Positions 40,167 through 54,700 of a DNA stretch of 64,000 nt are shown here, one piece after another (the first letter of the stretch is position 1; every line of letters begins with the position of its first letter). Made by a program: the position numbers and the translations under genes. Source of the DNA: Blasia pusilla (taxonomy: Eukaryota). A model generated the notes under the pieces. The model made no database searches, was not told the origin of the DNA, and was given only the letters and a program-made list of their open reading frames with translations. The stretch covers positions 43,834,001-43,898,000 of the forward strand of contig CM114271.1 in NCBI GenBank assembly GCA_050084515.1, in the 5' to 3' direction.

Positions 40167-43100
40167 GATTTTTAGAAGTTTATCTTGGTTGCCTACACTT
40201 GGTTTTGGATCTACTCAAGTAGTAACCTTCATTGTCATGTGGATATCCAGATTATGTGCAATTGCTTGACAGTAAATCTCTTACAATATGTTCTTTAGCA
40301 GTAGGAAACTGTTTTTGCCCAACATCCCAAAGATCACAGGTTATGATGTACTGATATTTAGTGGCAGCAGACTAGTTAATACTACAAGGTCAAAACTAGG
40401 CCTAACCCTCACTTTGTTCTTGAAAATAAATGACAAATGGCTCAGGGGTCTGAGTTGCACAAAGTGTGCTATAGCCTTCCAGATAATGCCTTTTTCATAA
40501 TGTGGTCTCTCCGCCAATCAGTCAGGGAGAGGAAGATAATGTAAACAGCCTAAAAGTATTTTATAGGCATTGACTTTGGTAATGTTCCATCCTCAATTGG
40601 CACTGAGGCAGAAGACAATGAATGTTGAGGACTTGGATCGTCAAGTCTGGCAACTGACAGGATTATCATTTAAACCTCTGTTACTTCATCTGTGCTTGAC
40701 TGCTACCCTCTGTACTGGTTACCTTTCCAGGGATTGCAAACAGAGCACTCTTCCATTTCTCCTCTTGTTGGATGAAGGATGTTTTCATTGATACCCTCCA
40801 TTTCAATGATAAGCATGCATAAATCTAAATCCTGCACCCACAGCATGTGGTTTCTTTCCCTCTCTGAAGGACATGGTGCTCTATCCTCCTAGAATAGAAG
40901 ATTTTCTGTTGACTAGGAATCTTCAAGGTTGTGTTGTAGAAGTGCATTTTGGTGAAATCAGTTGTTGCACTCGAGTCTTCTGGGAAGGTGTAGCCCACGC
41001 CCCCCAATGTCTTGCCACAAGCGACACCAAATGACAACCGAATCAATGTGGCAGTGATATGAACTTGTTGAGGCCCCTGAACTTTTGTATTGCAATTTTA
41101 ATACCATGTTAGAGAGTTCGTTTGGAGTTGACCGTTTGGCCTTCTGGTGCGAATTCACGTTTTTGATGAGTGCACTAGTCAATAGAAGTCTCATCGTCAT
41201 CTTTGTGCGGGGAAGATTGCTAAGGAGAAGCATATCTTGCCTTTGCTTTCTGACCATATACTTTGAGACTGGGTCAGATTGAGGATGGAGGGCACAATCC
41301 ATCCTCAATCTGATCCTCAATATGTGTGCAAAACGTGGATTTGGGAGGGGGTGACCACGTTCTCGATGACAACCCTTTTGATGAAATCAGATGGATAGAG
41401 GAGGGAGGCTTGGATTTTGGAGGAAAGAGTTTGGCGGCTTGCATGTCAAACATGGTGGTTGCAAAGTCCTGACTAAGAATCTCTTTGAAAGATTTCTGAG
41501 ACCATGTTCGCACATTTTGCATATGGGATATCGATACCAGTTTGCTTTCGAGAGCCCACCTGCACTAGATAATGCAGATAAGTGGGTCCAAGTTTGGGAA
41601 ATTACATTACTAGTGTAGATCCCATACCTAATAGTCAAGTTGACATTTCCTTTGACCTTATATAGGGGCATGCATGAGCCGCGCATGGGTTGATAACTTA
41701 TGTACACAAAATCAGATTTCAAAGTAAAGGAGAACTTCCTTAATTACCCACTCTCATATCCCTAAAGTCCAGTTGAAATGCAATAAATGGGGAGAGAAAG
41801 TGTATTGGCAATTAGTGATGCTTTGATTTAGTAATATAGATGCTGTGTGTCAAGCTAAGGGGCTTTGGTGTAGTGAGAACTTATCCTCCCTTCCCCTAAT
41901 AGTATAAACAGATTAAGAGGGGATAGTTTCCTGATTTTCAAATGCCTCCTTGCTTGGCAAATGATATCTTCACTAAAACAAAGTTTTCATAGCATGGGGT
42001 AGCAAGAATGTCCTTAAAAGTAATGCGTCTATCCACGACTGCTATTCATTTGCTTGAAAGAGCTCCGTTGTAGTTTTCATGTTGTCATAAGCCCCCCAAG
42101 GCACTTCCATAGGGTTTCAAGTGTTATCGAACATGAGTTTTTTTTGGAGCGTTTTCAACAATCTCTTTAGAATCCAACTATTGTGGAGAGAAAGTGTAGA
42201 GAAAGTGGAGAGAAAGTGGAGAGAAATGTTTGATCAAACTCTTTCAAGTCATAGCCATCATCCGCCATGATGGGATCAAGATTCATGTTTTGCTTTTGCA
42301 ACTCATTTTGGCTAGTGAGACTCTGACAAGTTCCATCTTGTTGTGACCCCGCTAGAGCTCTAATGTTCTGTGTCGGTGCGCATTTGGTTATAAGAGTTGC
42401 AATAGTATCACAAATTCATGCTACTATTATAGTAATTCAAGTAGCTCTGAGAGTGATCAAATCACAAAGAGGCAGGGTTAAGTTAAATGCATATGTGGGG
42501 ATTGACAAGTGATAGGCCATCATTCTCTAATCATGAAGGTTTTCAGAGGCACTTCATATACCATTGGTATTTCCTAGAAAATCAGTTGCACCTATCGACG
42601 ACATAAAAATGTTATCATTATGAGGAGTTGGAGACACGACTAGAAATTATCAAAATTCTACGATGTATTGGTAGGAAGTAGAGTAATACAACCCTTTGGT
42701 TTTATCCTTGATTTTCGGGAGGAATCGATTGTCTATTGAATAGGATGACAATCAAATGAGCTAATAATCACACAAATGATATGGGTGTGTTGACATCACA
42801 ATGACTCCGAGAGACTCCTATGTTGGCTTAGTTGGAGTTAATATCGAGTAAGTTGTTGGGGGTGGCTATTTCGGCGTGTCAAGATCCATTAAATTCAACC
42901 ATAGATTTGGTGGCAGTGGGAGTTTGACTACTAGAGGTGCTTTGACTAGCCACCATGCTTTGTGAGCGTAGAAAGATTATTGCCTCTTGCACAAAGATAA
43001 TTGGTGAGGAGATGGTAGATATGCCATACTCTATTGCAAATTGACGATTATGACATCATGTAACTCTTCAACTCACGGAACCACTCTAGAGTTGCTCAAA

Positions 43101-46100
43101 GTTAGAATGCTCTCAAGGCCTCTCCTCTTCCTTTATATACTTAGAGATAGGTACAATAAAGATAAATTAACTCTACCTATCCTTATGCCACATGTCCTAC
43201 TCTCATAGTATGAGCGGATCTTCTTTGGAGTCTAATGTCCTAACCTCATCTTCCTCAACCTCATCCTTATCTTCCTTTCACCAACTTATGGCCCTACTCT
43301 CATCTTTATCTCATGTATCTTGTATTTTCTCTATTTGGTTGATTCTTTCCCATTTATGCGCTTCATGTCATAGATTCTAACTTAACTATGACTAACAAAA
43401 GATGGTTACAAACCTCCCACCATTTAAGACACAACGTCCTCGTTGTGAGAACTTTCAAACTCTTGCCAAGTTGGCTGAGGGTTCCCATGTGGCCTCAAAT
43501 AGTGGATATCATTTCCTTTGGACCAAATATTCAACTCGTTGGTGATGAGCTCCTCGAGTGCGTTTCTTTAAGATACATTCCACTTCAAATTCTTTATGAT
43601 CTCCGATTATTTGAGGTAGTGGTGGAGTGACAATATTGTCCTTAAATCTCTCAGAGCATGGAATAAACGGTCGAAGAAGAGAGATATGAAACAAAAGATG
43701 GAATTTCATATGCATTGGTAGGTCTAGCTTATACGCCACAGCGCCCACTTTTTGTAGGATAGTGAAAGACCCAATATAGCGAGGATTAAGCTTACGAACT
43801 CTTAATAATGATAAATTGGTTGTTGCTAACCAAACCTTGTCCCCTTCAAAAACTCGACATCTCGACGATGAGCATCTACATATTTTTGTCGATTTTGGGC
43901 AATAGCCAACTTCTCCTTAGCAAGTTGAACCCCTTTCTGAATCTGGTCCACAAACTCATTAACCGCAGCTACCTTTGTAGGTTTGCTCAGACTTTTCCCT
44001 ATTCGAGTGAGACTAGAAGGAATTGAAGGATGCTCGTCATGCATTAAAAAGAACAGTGCGGTCTTAGTGGAAGAGTTCATGGAGTTATTGTATGAGAACT
44101 CTACTAAGGGTAACAATGAGTCATATCCTTGTTGATCCTCCAATGTTAAGGCGCGTAGCATATTCGCAATGGTACGGTTGGCCCTTTCAATTTGTCCATC
44201 AGTTTGAGGATGATAAGCTGTAGACATGGCTAGTTTAGTTTGGATCAATCCGAATAAAGTCTTCCAAAATAAACTCGTGAAATGAGTTCCCCTATCACTG
44301 ATGAGCACTTTAGGAAGACCATGATGGACAAAGACTGTCTCGATATAGATCCTAGCCAACTCTGGTGTAGTCACAGTCTTCTTGGTTGGACAAAGGTATA
44401 TCATCTTGCTTAGTGTATCCACAAAGACCACAATAGAGTCATATCCCGTGATCGTACATGGTAGCTCACAAACAAGATCCATAGTGAGTTGTTCCCAACG
44501 TTTTTGAGGTATTGGGATCGTCTCCAATAATCCTGCTAGTTTTGTATTACTAGCCTTGATTTGTTGACAAATCCTACAACTTCTTACATATACGTCAACA
44601 TCTTATCTCATTTTGGGCCAATAGTATGCCCATTGTAATCCTTCTAAGGTTTTTTCAGCTCCCATATGAGCCGCAATGATTGTGTCGTGAGCTTCAAACA
44701 ATACTTTAGTGCGTAATTGTGGATCTTGGGGGATCCATACTTTACCTTTATGGAAAACCAATCCTTGAGCCTTGTATACTCCGTTGGCATGAATAGCAAC
44801 TCCAATTTCTTCATCCTCCTTTGTGGCTTTGGATAACTTTTTCCACCAACTAGAATGAATCTCCACTTCATATATGTTATTCATCTGTGGTATACGAGTC
44901 AAGGCGTCTGCCAACTGCTTCTTTCTTCCACATAGACAATTTTCATCATGAATTATTATCGCCATTCTGCCCATCGAATTTGACGTTTGGAGAGCTCCTT
45001 TTGGGACTCTAAGTAGACCAAGGGCTTGTGATCAATCTCCACCACAAACTCCTTATCGCCCAAGTAATGTTTCCAATGCTTGGTTGCCAACACAATAGCA
45101 AGTTCTTCTCGCTCAGTTGTATGGTAGTTTAGCTCCGTTGGCAATAGCTTGCGGGAAAAGAAGGCAATAGGATGCCATCCATCCTCCCATTCTTCTTGTA
45201 GTACTCCTCCAATGCTAGTACTTGAAGCATCTATGGCCAACTTGATGGGTCGATTAGGATTATACCACTTCAAAATAGGGGTTTTGATGAAGGCATCCTT
45301 TAATGATTGAAAAGAAATCTCTTGTGATGTGCCTGAATTCCATTTTTTTCCTTTCCCTAGTAAAGTTGTTAAGGATTGTGCAATTTGAGCAAAACCTTTG
45401 ACAAATCTTTGATAGAATCCTGTTAACCCTAGAAAACTCTTCAATTGAGTTTGATCCTTAGGTGCACTCCATTTTTGGATCCCTTCTACCTTCTCACTGA
45501 TCACTTGAATACCTTTTGCGTTTATTAGACGCCCTAGATAATCAACTTTTGTCTTATTAAACTCACATTTTGAAGTTTTAGCATACAACTCATTATCTCT
45601 TAGGATTTGAAGGACTTCTCGTAGATGATTTATATGCTCCTCTATCGTTTTACTATAGACTAAGATATCATCTAAGAATACAATGACAGACTTGTCTAAA
45701 TATGGACGAAATATATCATTCATTAGGCCCATAAAGGTTGTAGGTGCATTAGTAAGACCAAATGGCATGACTAAGTATTCAAAGTGTCCATACCTAGTAC
45801 AAAAAGCGGTCTTGTGCACATCTTCATCCGCAATTCAAATTTGGTTGTAGCCGCAGCGAAGGTCAAGTTTGGTGAAGTATTTTGCTCCTGGTAGTTGGTC
45901 GAACAAATCATCCACTCTTGGTAATGGATTTTTTTTTGACTGTTTGTTGATTCAGTGCTCGATAGTCGATATAGAGTCGCATGCTTCCATCCTTCTTTTT
46001 CAAAAAAAGGACAGGGGCTCCATATGGCGAGACGGTTGGTTGGATGAAGCCTTTCTGCAACATCTCCTCCACTTGGGCTTTGCATTCTTCTAATTCTCTT

Positions 46101-47832
46101 GGAGCTAAGCGGTAAGGAGCCGGTGGTGTGCTTCCTAGAAGGACCTCAATCTTGTGGTCTACCCTCCGTTTGGGTGGTAACCCTGATGGTAAATCATTTG
46201 GGAATACATCTTTGTATTCCTCCAATACTTCTCTCAACTCGTCTCGTACCTCTGAATATTTTTTCAAACCACAAATATCTATTATTAACTCTAGGAAATA
46301 TACATCTTGATGTTTGATGGTGGTTTTTCCTATTAAATTTAGGGGTAGCGTTCTAGGACATGATCTGACTCTATCTCCGTAAAGCTTCCACTCTCGGGTC
46401 TTCACGATTTTTTCTCTCCAATCTACCTCTGGATTATACTGTTCCATCCAAGGCATTCCGAAGATAACATCATAACGTGCTAACCTAATGATCTTTATCT
46501 CCAACTCTTCCAGATACTTTCCTATCCTCAACTCTTCCCTTCGAGGAAGCTTCTCAATCTTTTCTCTTTGCCCGTTTGGTAATTCTACCTCTTCTTTTTT
46601 ATCCCACTCTAAAGCTAAGCCTAATTTCATAGCTATGGCTCTTGAAAGGAAGTTTTCTATTGCCCCAAGATCAATCAATACTCTAACTTGGGATCCTTCT
46701 ACTTCCCCATCTATAACAATGAGACGTGTTTCTCCTCTCTTCAAACCATTTACCTCCACATGCTTGTGTCGACCCTCGCCCTCCTTTTGTTAGAACCAGT
46801 GTATCCACGAGGCGCGATTATTGGTGGTTGGCGTTTCCTTGAGGTCCGCCTTCTTCGTCATCTTCCTACATGTGTCCTCTTTCAAGATGATTAAGGGGGC
46901 AAAGATATGGCCTATTTCCGAGCCTACGAAGACGATAACTCATGGCTATATGACCGTATCTACCATACTCAAAACATTGGCATGCATCTCTTCGAACTTC
47001 GAATTCTCTCCCTCCTCTAGGAACTCTGACCCCGTCGATTCGAGGAGCAATCCCTTATATGTTGGGGTTCTGATCTCTCTCCATTGGCACCCTTCCATTA
47101 TACCTTCGTGGCGCATAATCATCCCGTGCTCGAAGGTTACCCAACTCCATGGGTGTGGGTCCGTAGTGGTTGTTCATGGAAGCAACCTCCTCTCCTCCTC
47201 CTTCGTACACATTTATCATATGTTGGGCACATGCGATTGCTTCATTGATATCTTTTGGGTTATCTCGAATCACCTCTTGACGCACCTTCCTCTTCAAACC
47301 TCTCTTAAACAGATCAAGAGCTTCTAGCCCACTCATGTCGCGGATTTGTATCTGCAAGTCACGAAACTCTTTGATGTAGTCCTTCATAGTGCCTTTGTGC
47401 TCTAGTCGCCATAATTTCATTCTAGCATTGAGGATTGGATCCACAGCTTAGAAATTTTGCAAAAGCCCTTGCTTCATTCCGCTCCATGTGATTTGTTGAG
47501 TTGTTTCAATCAAGGATCTCTCCCATCCTTGATACCATGTCAATGCTTAATCGATTAACCAAGATCTTACGAACATTCCTACAATATGATCATCAATGTT
47601 GAAAAGGGATAAATGGATTTGCATCCGAGTGATCCAACCCTCTAATACCCCCATGGTTCGACTTCCTTTGTACCTTGCATGCCTTTCTCATTTTCAATAT
47701 CAATGATGCTTGAGCATTCATCTCCATTACTCTTTGTGCTGCTTGGGCCTCCAATGCTCGTGCCCTTAAGGTTTCTTCACTCTCCCCAGAAGTCACGACA
47801 CTCGTGGTTTCCGTCTCCATCCCACCTATCGG

Positions 47833-47932
<100 letters not shown>

Positions 47933-48212
47933 TTCTGACCGAAGCAACTTCTTGCGCTAATTCTTGGACTTGGTTTTGACTTTGATCAAATGCAACTCTC
48001 AACTCTCTCAATTCACAAATCATATCCCTCAAAATTTCTTCCATGATCGCTCCGACTTTCCCCTTACCCTTTACTATCACTCTAATATAAGATCAAGATA
48101 TCCACCGCCAATTTCGCACAATAGAGACTACAAAAGGCAATATTGACGCAATGACTTCATCATAATACTCTTGACCAAACTTCCTCACCATAAACTCTCT
48201 ATATGCTATTTT

Positions 48213-49222
48213 TGTCACGGCCCTCATGACCAAACAAGTGCCAAAGCGGAACATCGGAATATTAGCGGGCTCACGCTAAGATGGTTTGCGCGTTGGAGTG
48301 GTCTCGAAGAAGAGACAAGAGACGGGGCGCAAGAGAGGCTTCGCGTTTCAGATGTTGTGGTCGTGACTGAGAAACCTTGACAAAACGCGGAACAAGACTT
48401 AAAAGGAGTTGAGTCTAGAAAGTGGGTTGCCAAAGGAAGGAATCCGGATTTGGGACGCCACTAGCGTTTGAGAGTTTCCGAATGTATTTATGGCCATAAC
48501 TTTTAGCGCCAAGATTCGTTTGGATTGAACAAGGATGCGTTAGAAGGCTTATGGAAAGCCAATTCAAACGTACTAAAGATCTCTACAAATGCATAAGCAG
48601 TGGCTGCAAACGCATAACAACCCGGGAACGACTGTAAGTAGAGTCGGGTTGAGGGCCACAATGAAGGGCCCGACCCTCCTTTTCCAAAGGTGGAGGGTTA
48701 TTGGAGAACCCCAGAAGTACTAGCAAGGGGGAAGCTCTCCAAGAGTGCTTGGAACTCGAACCCCACTTTGGGCGCCACGGGGCGGCTCAAAGGCATGGAA
48801 CGGATCGAGAGTTTGGGATTGGGTTGGAAAACCTGAACCAAGTCTATGGAGGCGATTTTAGACATCCCTCTTGGATTTCACCCCGCGATTCAATTACTTG
48901 GGTCTCGGTTTGAAACTCACAAGAGGTCCGTTGAAAAATTGGGATCGCTAGGCGCGCAAGTGCTGTTTTAGGTTCCTAGACTAATCAGGAAGTTTGTTCC
49001 AAGTCTTGAAGGACTTGCCATGTTTTGGAAACTAGGAAGTAAGGAAGGTTGAGCTTGATGAGATGCCGAGTTGAGAACTTGGTGGCTTGGAACTCTGGTT
49101 GGTCCAGACCTGACTAACAAGAGTGCGTGTTTGGATGCAGATCGGCGATGAGATCGTGTCCTACTGAACGTACGCTTCCGCAACAATAAAGATTGACGTT
49201 CAAGGAGAGTAGGGGCGCAAAA
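48213..49222 (+). mobile_element. ~1-kb solo LTR (family X) inserted in the 5' UTR of the chromovirus
   Basis: TGTCACGG start, eroded 3' end, TSD ATTTT/ATTTT. High similarity to the other two copies. Confidence 0.85.
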
Positions 49223-49670
49223 ATTTTAGGTTGACAAACCACATGGAATATACATCGAGTGTTAAAAAATACTTGTGGGGGCCTATTCAAATCCATTCCC
49301 CATATCTCCTCTAAAACAATATATAAATATTGCAATCCTACACACGATCATATGTAACAATAGGGAGGATCACAAGATAGCGAGACTCCATCACTTGCGT
49401 CATGAAAACTTCACCAAAGTAATATACGAGGTATCTCGTGAACCAGTGTCTATCTACATATAAGAGTTTGATGGTGAACGGATTAAGAAACGGGAAATTA
49501 TGAGCCACTCTCGCTCCCCCTCCCTCCATTACCTGCAAAAAAGCCCTTCCCCCTTACTCTACTTGCAGCTCAATAGCCACTGCCAGCCTCTAACAACCTA
49601 TCTACTCTAAACAGTATATCATTACTTGGTCATCCTTCCAAGAGGGGTAATCCACTTTCGTTGCAAGAGC

Positions 49671-49688
49671 AACCTTGCTCTGATACCA
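49671..49688 (-). promoter_or_regulatory. Primer binding site for initiator tRNA-Met
   Basis: TGGTATCAGAGCAAGGTT on the minus strand, 1 nt after the 5' LTR. Confidence 0.92.
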
Positions 49689-51796
49689 TTGTAACTCTCC
49701 AACTCACGGAACCACTCTAGAGTTGCTCAAAGGTAGAATGCCCTCAAGGCCTCTCCTCTTCCTTTATATACTTAGAGATAGGTACAATAAAGATAAATTA
49801 ACTCTACCTATCCTTATGCCACATGTCCTATTCTCATAATATGAGAGGATCTTCTTTGGACTCTAATGTCCTAACCTCATCTTCCTCAACCTCATCCTTA
49901 TCTTCCTTTTCACCAACCTATGGCCCCATTCTCATCTTTATCTCATGTATCTTGTATTTTCTCTATTTGATTGATTCTTTCCCATTTATGCGCTTCATGT
50001 CATAGATTCTAACTTAACTATGACTAACAAAGGATGGTTACACATCATTAAAGCTATATGATGTGATGGTAGGGACTATAGTGTTGAATCTCCTTGGGTT
50101 CATCCTTGACGTTTTGGAGGAAACGGTTGGCTATTGGCCACGATGGCAATCAAGTGATAGTTCAATGAGCCAACTACCCATTTGATTTATTGGGCGCAGT
50201 GGTGGTCCATGACGAGATAACGTGACCATATTGGAAACATTCAATAGTAGTATTAGATAATCAAGAGAGTTTTTGGAGGGGAACGCTCATGCCGAGGATA
50301 TCCCTATAGAGATACAAATCATGGTGGGTGTTTCTTCCCATGGTGCCAATACCTCGTCATCATTGTAGGGTACCAATGTTCATTTGTAGGGAAGTGCACA
50401 TGAGCTTATTAGGTAGGGGTGGAGCCATACCTTTGTGCTAGAGTAGAAAAAGTCATGTGATAGTTGCGCGTATCGAGTAGTGATCTTAGAAAAACTCCAA
50501 TTCCATATGATTTGAAAATTTGGAGGTTGCCTTCCTTCATAGAGTCAAACTTGAACTATATCCCTAATTTTGAGAGAAAAATCTTACACATACCAGGTCC
50601 CAAAAATAGTTTCAAGCTCAACATATAGACCATATGATGAAAAAGGAGCTTAATATTTTTCAAGAAAAATTTCTTGGTCTTTTTTAGACAAAATTTTGTA
50701 GGATATCCTTTTTCATGGCATTATGCTATACCTAAAATTTTCAAAGTAAATTACCATAGAGGTCAGCTCAAAAAATTCATAAGAGAATTTAAAATGTGAG
50801 CTACTAGAAATAGAAATAATTTTGTAGTCCAAAGAATCATACAAAATCCTCGCAAATTATTGGATTTATGAGCCAAAAAATATGTTTTAGGGGTGAGGGA
50901 ATCTAAGTGCAACTTTTGTGAATCACTAAGTCTTAGAATCATACGCTAGTGGGGATCTGAGAGACAAGTTGTGATTTTAGTTCAAAAGGAGGATAAACCT
51001 TTGTGATAAGAACCAAGGCAAAAACTTAACTAGCTCTCTAAGGCAAGCGTCTAGTCAAGGACTAGTGGTTAGGGAGTCAACATAAACGATAGTGCCATGA
51101 GACAAGTGACAAAATGCAACTGGCAACAAGACCAATCACAAGATGGAAATGCCAAGAGGTAATATGGATAGTTAGCCATGAGACATATGAAATAAGAGAT
51201 AAGAGGTCAAGAGAAATATTGATAGTTAAGATATGGCAAGGATGCCCATGAGACTCTACAAAGTCACCTTAGTTCTAAACTAGCCAAATGTGGGGAGTTG
51301 GGAGTTGTCAACGATGTTTGGGTCGAGGGCGACAAATAAAGGCGCAAAGTTGATACTTGGAAGGGGGAGGAGGCCTAAAGAATCTCTTTAGTACCTTCTA
51401 ATTTGTTGCTTGTGCAAAGCATAGAACTATTATGAAATTAAAAATGAAGAAAAGAAATCTTCCCTTTCCTCCTCCTTTCACTCGCCCATCCCTTCCTCCT
51501 CTCCCCTCCCCTCTTTCTTCCTCCCCTTAACTTAACTCCCTCCCTTAAAATTTCAATAGAGAAATCCTTACGAGACAGACCTAGAGCTAGGACAAGGCAA
51601 GTATCAACAATAGGAGGGCCACTTCTACAAACCCCTCCTCTATTAATTGTATAGATAGGGGGGGAGGGAGGAAACTCTCCCTCTCTACCCTATGACTCCT
51701 TGGATCAAGAGTTGATCACATTTTTTGTTTGTTTGTGTTTCAAGTTATGAGCTCATAAACCTTTGGATACACCTTGAGAAATTAGCTATTGTTCTA

Positions 51797-54700
51797 TGTC
51801 GTGCGAATCCACATCGTTGACATACCATACTCACATACATACATAACATAGACGAGAGCATACACAAACACAAGTGTACCACAACTGAAATCCGTGAAAG
51901 ATCTACTGTCATAAAACACAAATAGAATCACATACAATCGAGCCAAACCCACTCCACGATGGGAGAATCCAGGTCGAAGCTTGCGGGAACCATCATAGCC
52001 AAGAGCTCTACTCACTACCAAGGCTAACTCCCAACGCAATAGGCTCAACTCAAAGAACTAACTTTTCTTTGAGTGCACTCCATACTATATCTTCCAACCT
52101 AAGAGCGGGCCCTACTGGAAAAGTCACCCTCAACTGAGTAACCCCCAACCTTATGTATGAAACCGCATCTCTACCTAGACACTACGGCCCTACATGAGGT
52201 ATGGCCTCTACTAGCACACTATACTCTACGACATAATCCGTATGGTCATGACAATTGTCGTGCGAATCCACATCGTCATACAATATAGATTGCTGACATA
52301 CCATATTCACATACATACATACATAAAATATACGAGAGCATACACAAACACAAGTGTACCACAACTCGGCCCCCTAAGTGACGGTTAGGTCCCTCTAACT
52401 CCCAGGTAGCCCTATACATCTACTACATGCTATACATCTTCTTGGGTGCACGAATCAGAAGGCCGGGTGCTAGGTTGCCCCATCGTTAGTCTCCTATGTG
52501 TAATCCATATCACGCAAAGATCAAGTCATCTACCTCTCCTAAGTACATCGAGGACAAACCCACCTTCCAATAGGAACAACATCCATACGTGGAGTCAAAC
52601 ACATCATGTGCCAACCCCTAGAACACCGATCACACACCAACATACGGGCTGCGTTACCAGCAAACCCACACAACATGCACCTCAAGCTAGCACGTATCAT
52701 GGCTAAGCTTGGGTCAAGAGTACCATTCACATTTGAAAGATGACATGGTGCACAATTACGCACGTGGTCCTTCCAAACAACTCCATCACGACCCTCGAAC
52801 ATGAGAACTCCAGAAGCTAACATCTCGTGCACTCGTAAAATAGTGCGGCCTGCCGTCACATCCAATATTGTCCATGCAATCTGCTGCAAATAGACATAGT
52901 CCCCCACATGGAACCTACGAATCGATGGTCGATAACCTCCACCCCGAATGGTTGCATACCGCAAAGTATCCCTGTGTTGAGCAATGGCAAGATTCTCAAA
53001 GGCTGTTGGCATAACTCTACGAAAGAGCTCTGCCTGCTGATAACACACTCTCATCCACATCTCTGGGTCATCAAGGTTCACCACCTCACTAGACTTCCGA
53101 CGAATTGCTGCGGGCAAGTCTGGATCTTGGCCGTATAACTGAAAATAAGGTGAAAAGGAAGCCAAGGATGCTTGGCGATCGAACCTATACCCCATGGCAA
53201 ACCATGGCAAATCGAATATCCCAATCTCCAAGATGCGCGTCAGAGGCCATACTTGCGCAATGCCCTCTTCGCCGTCCTGAACCACACGCCAGCCAAACCA
53301 TCCGCCTGGATGATCTCGAGACGTGGTCCGATGATCAATCAACGCCTTGTCACACAAGACCTGAAACTCACCCTAAAACTCTGTACCCTGGTCGGTCAGC
53401 ACTTCAGCTGGTGCACCAAAATGACTAAGCACTCTATCAAGAAACGCATACGCCGTTCCCTCACATGCCTTGTCAGGTAATGCCACCAACTCAATCCACT
53501 TGGATAAGTGCTCCATCATGACCAACACATATCGATGATTTCGTACAGTCAACAGTAACGGTCTCGCAAAGTCCACACTCCAACGATAACCCAACCCCAT
53601 AATAGCCAAGGGGTGTAATTGTGGTGTAGGGGCATTGAATGATGCCCCCATCCGGTCACAAACCATACAACGTGACACCAACTGATGCACCTGAGTATGC
53701 ATGCCACGCCACCAATACTGACCAAGGAATAAGCTATACGTACGCTTTATCCCAAAATGTCCCAACTTCTCATGGGCATTTGCACAATTCGCTCTCTCTG
53801 AGCCAAATACGGCACTACTCGTACTCTACCATCCCCCCACACACGGAGAATATGTGTTCCCTCCAATCGATACCTCTTAGCACGTTGAAGAACACGGTCT
53901 CGCTCCTTGGCACTCACTATGCCTGGCACCCTACTGGTCCGTAGGAACTCCAACACCAACGCATCATCATGAATATCACGCTGATCCGTACCACCATCTC
54001 TAACCTTAGGATCTGAAGGCTAGCCATCTACCCTCTGACTAGAGTAAGATGTCATGTGGTCCTCCATACTAGAGTCCCCTAACCAACATAAAAAGGCGGA
54101 TGCATGCCAACCTCGCACCATCTCCTCATCAACCTCGCCATGCCATCTAGCCCCAGTTGCATCTTCTTGGCTAGTACATGGGTTCCTACTCAACCCATCA
54201 GCATCAAGGTTGGAAACTCTAGGTCTATGTACCACTTGCAAGTCATACTTCGTTAAGATAAGAGCCCACCATGCAAGCTTCCCTGTAAGCTTGTCAGACT
54301 CCATCAACCACTTGAGCAGCTGGTGATCAGTAACAAGGGTAAATTGTCTGCCAAACAAGTAACACCTAAAGTGTGCCATAGCCCACACTACTGCCAAGCA
54401 CTCTCCCTCATATGAACTGTAGCGTGACTCTGCTGCATTATTCGAACGACTTGCATAGGCCACCACAAACTCCATGTGCTCATCATCATGTTGTGTCAAC
54501 ACCGCTCCAAGTCCCAACCTACTCCAATCAATGTGTAACTGAAATGGGCGCCCTCTGATAGGTCTCCTCAAGATAGGCGCCGCCACCAATTGGGCCTTGA
54601 GCTCCACAAAAGCTCTCTCCTAATCATCTCCTCAGTGCCACTCTTGATCTGATTTCAGCAATTAGTTCAAAGGCTTTGCCATAGCACTAAATCCCTTCAC

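Noticed and set aside
40570-41722. Cluster of short ORFs as a gene or pseudogene
   Set aside because: No coherent exon model or domain
50900-51796. LTR-like sequence flanking copy C
   Set aside because: No partner repeat, termini or TSD identifiable in the window
51907-52253. TGTCAT...ATGACA as a conventional 347-bp LTR
   Set aside because: A1/A2 identity extends about 21 bp further, there is no adjacent PPT, and the TSD in copy A lies outside B2
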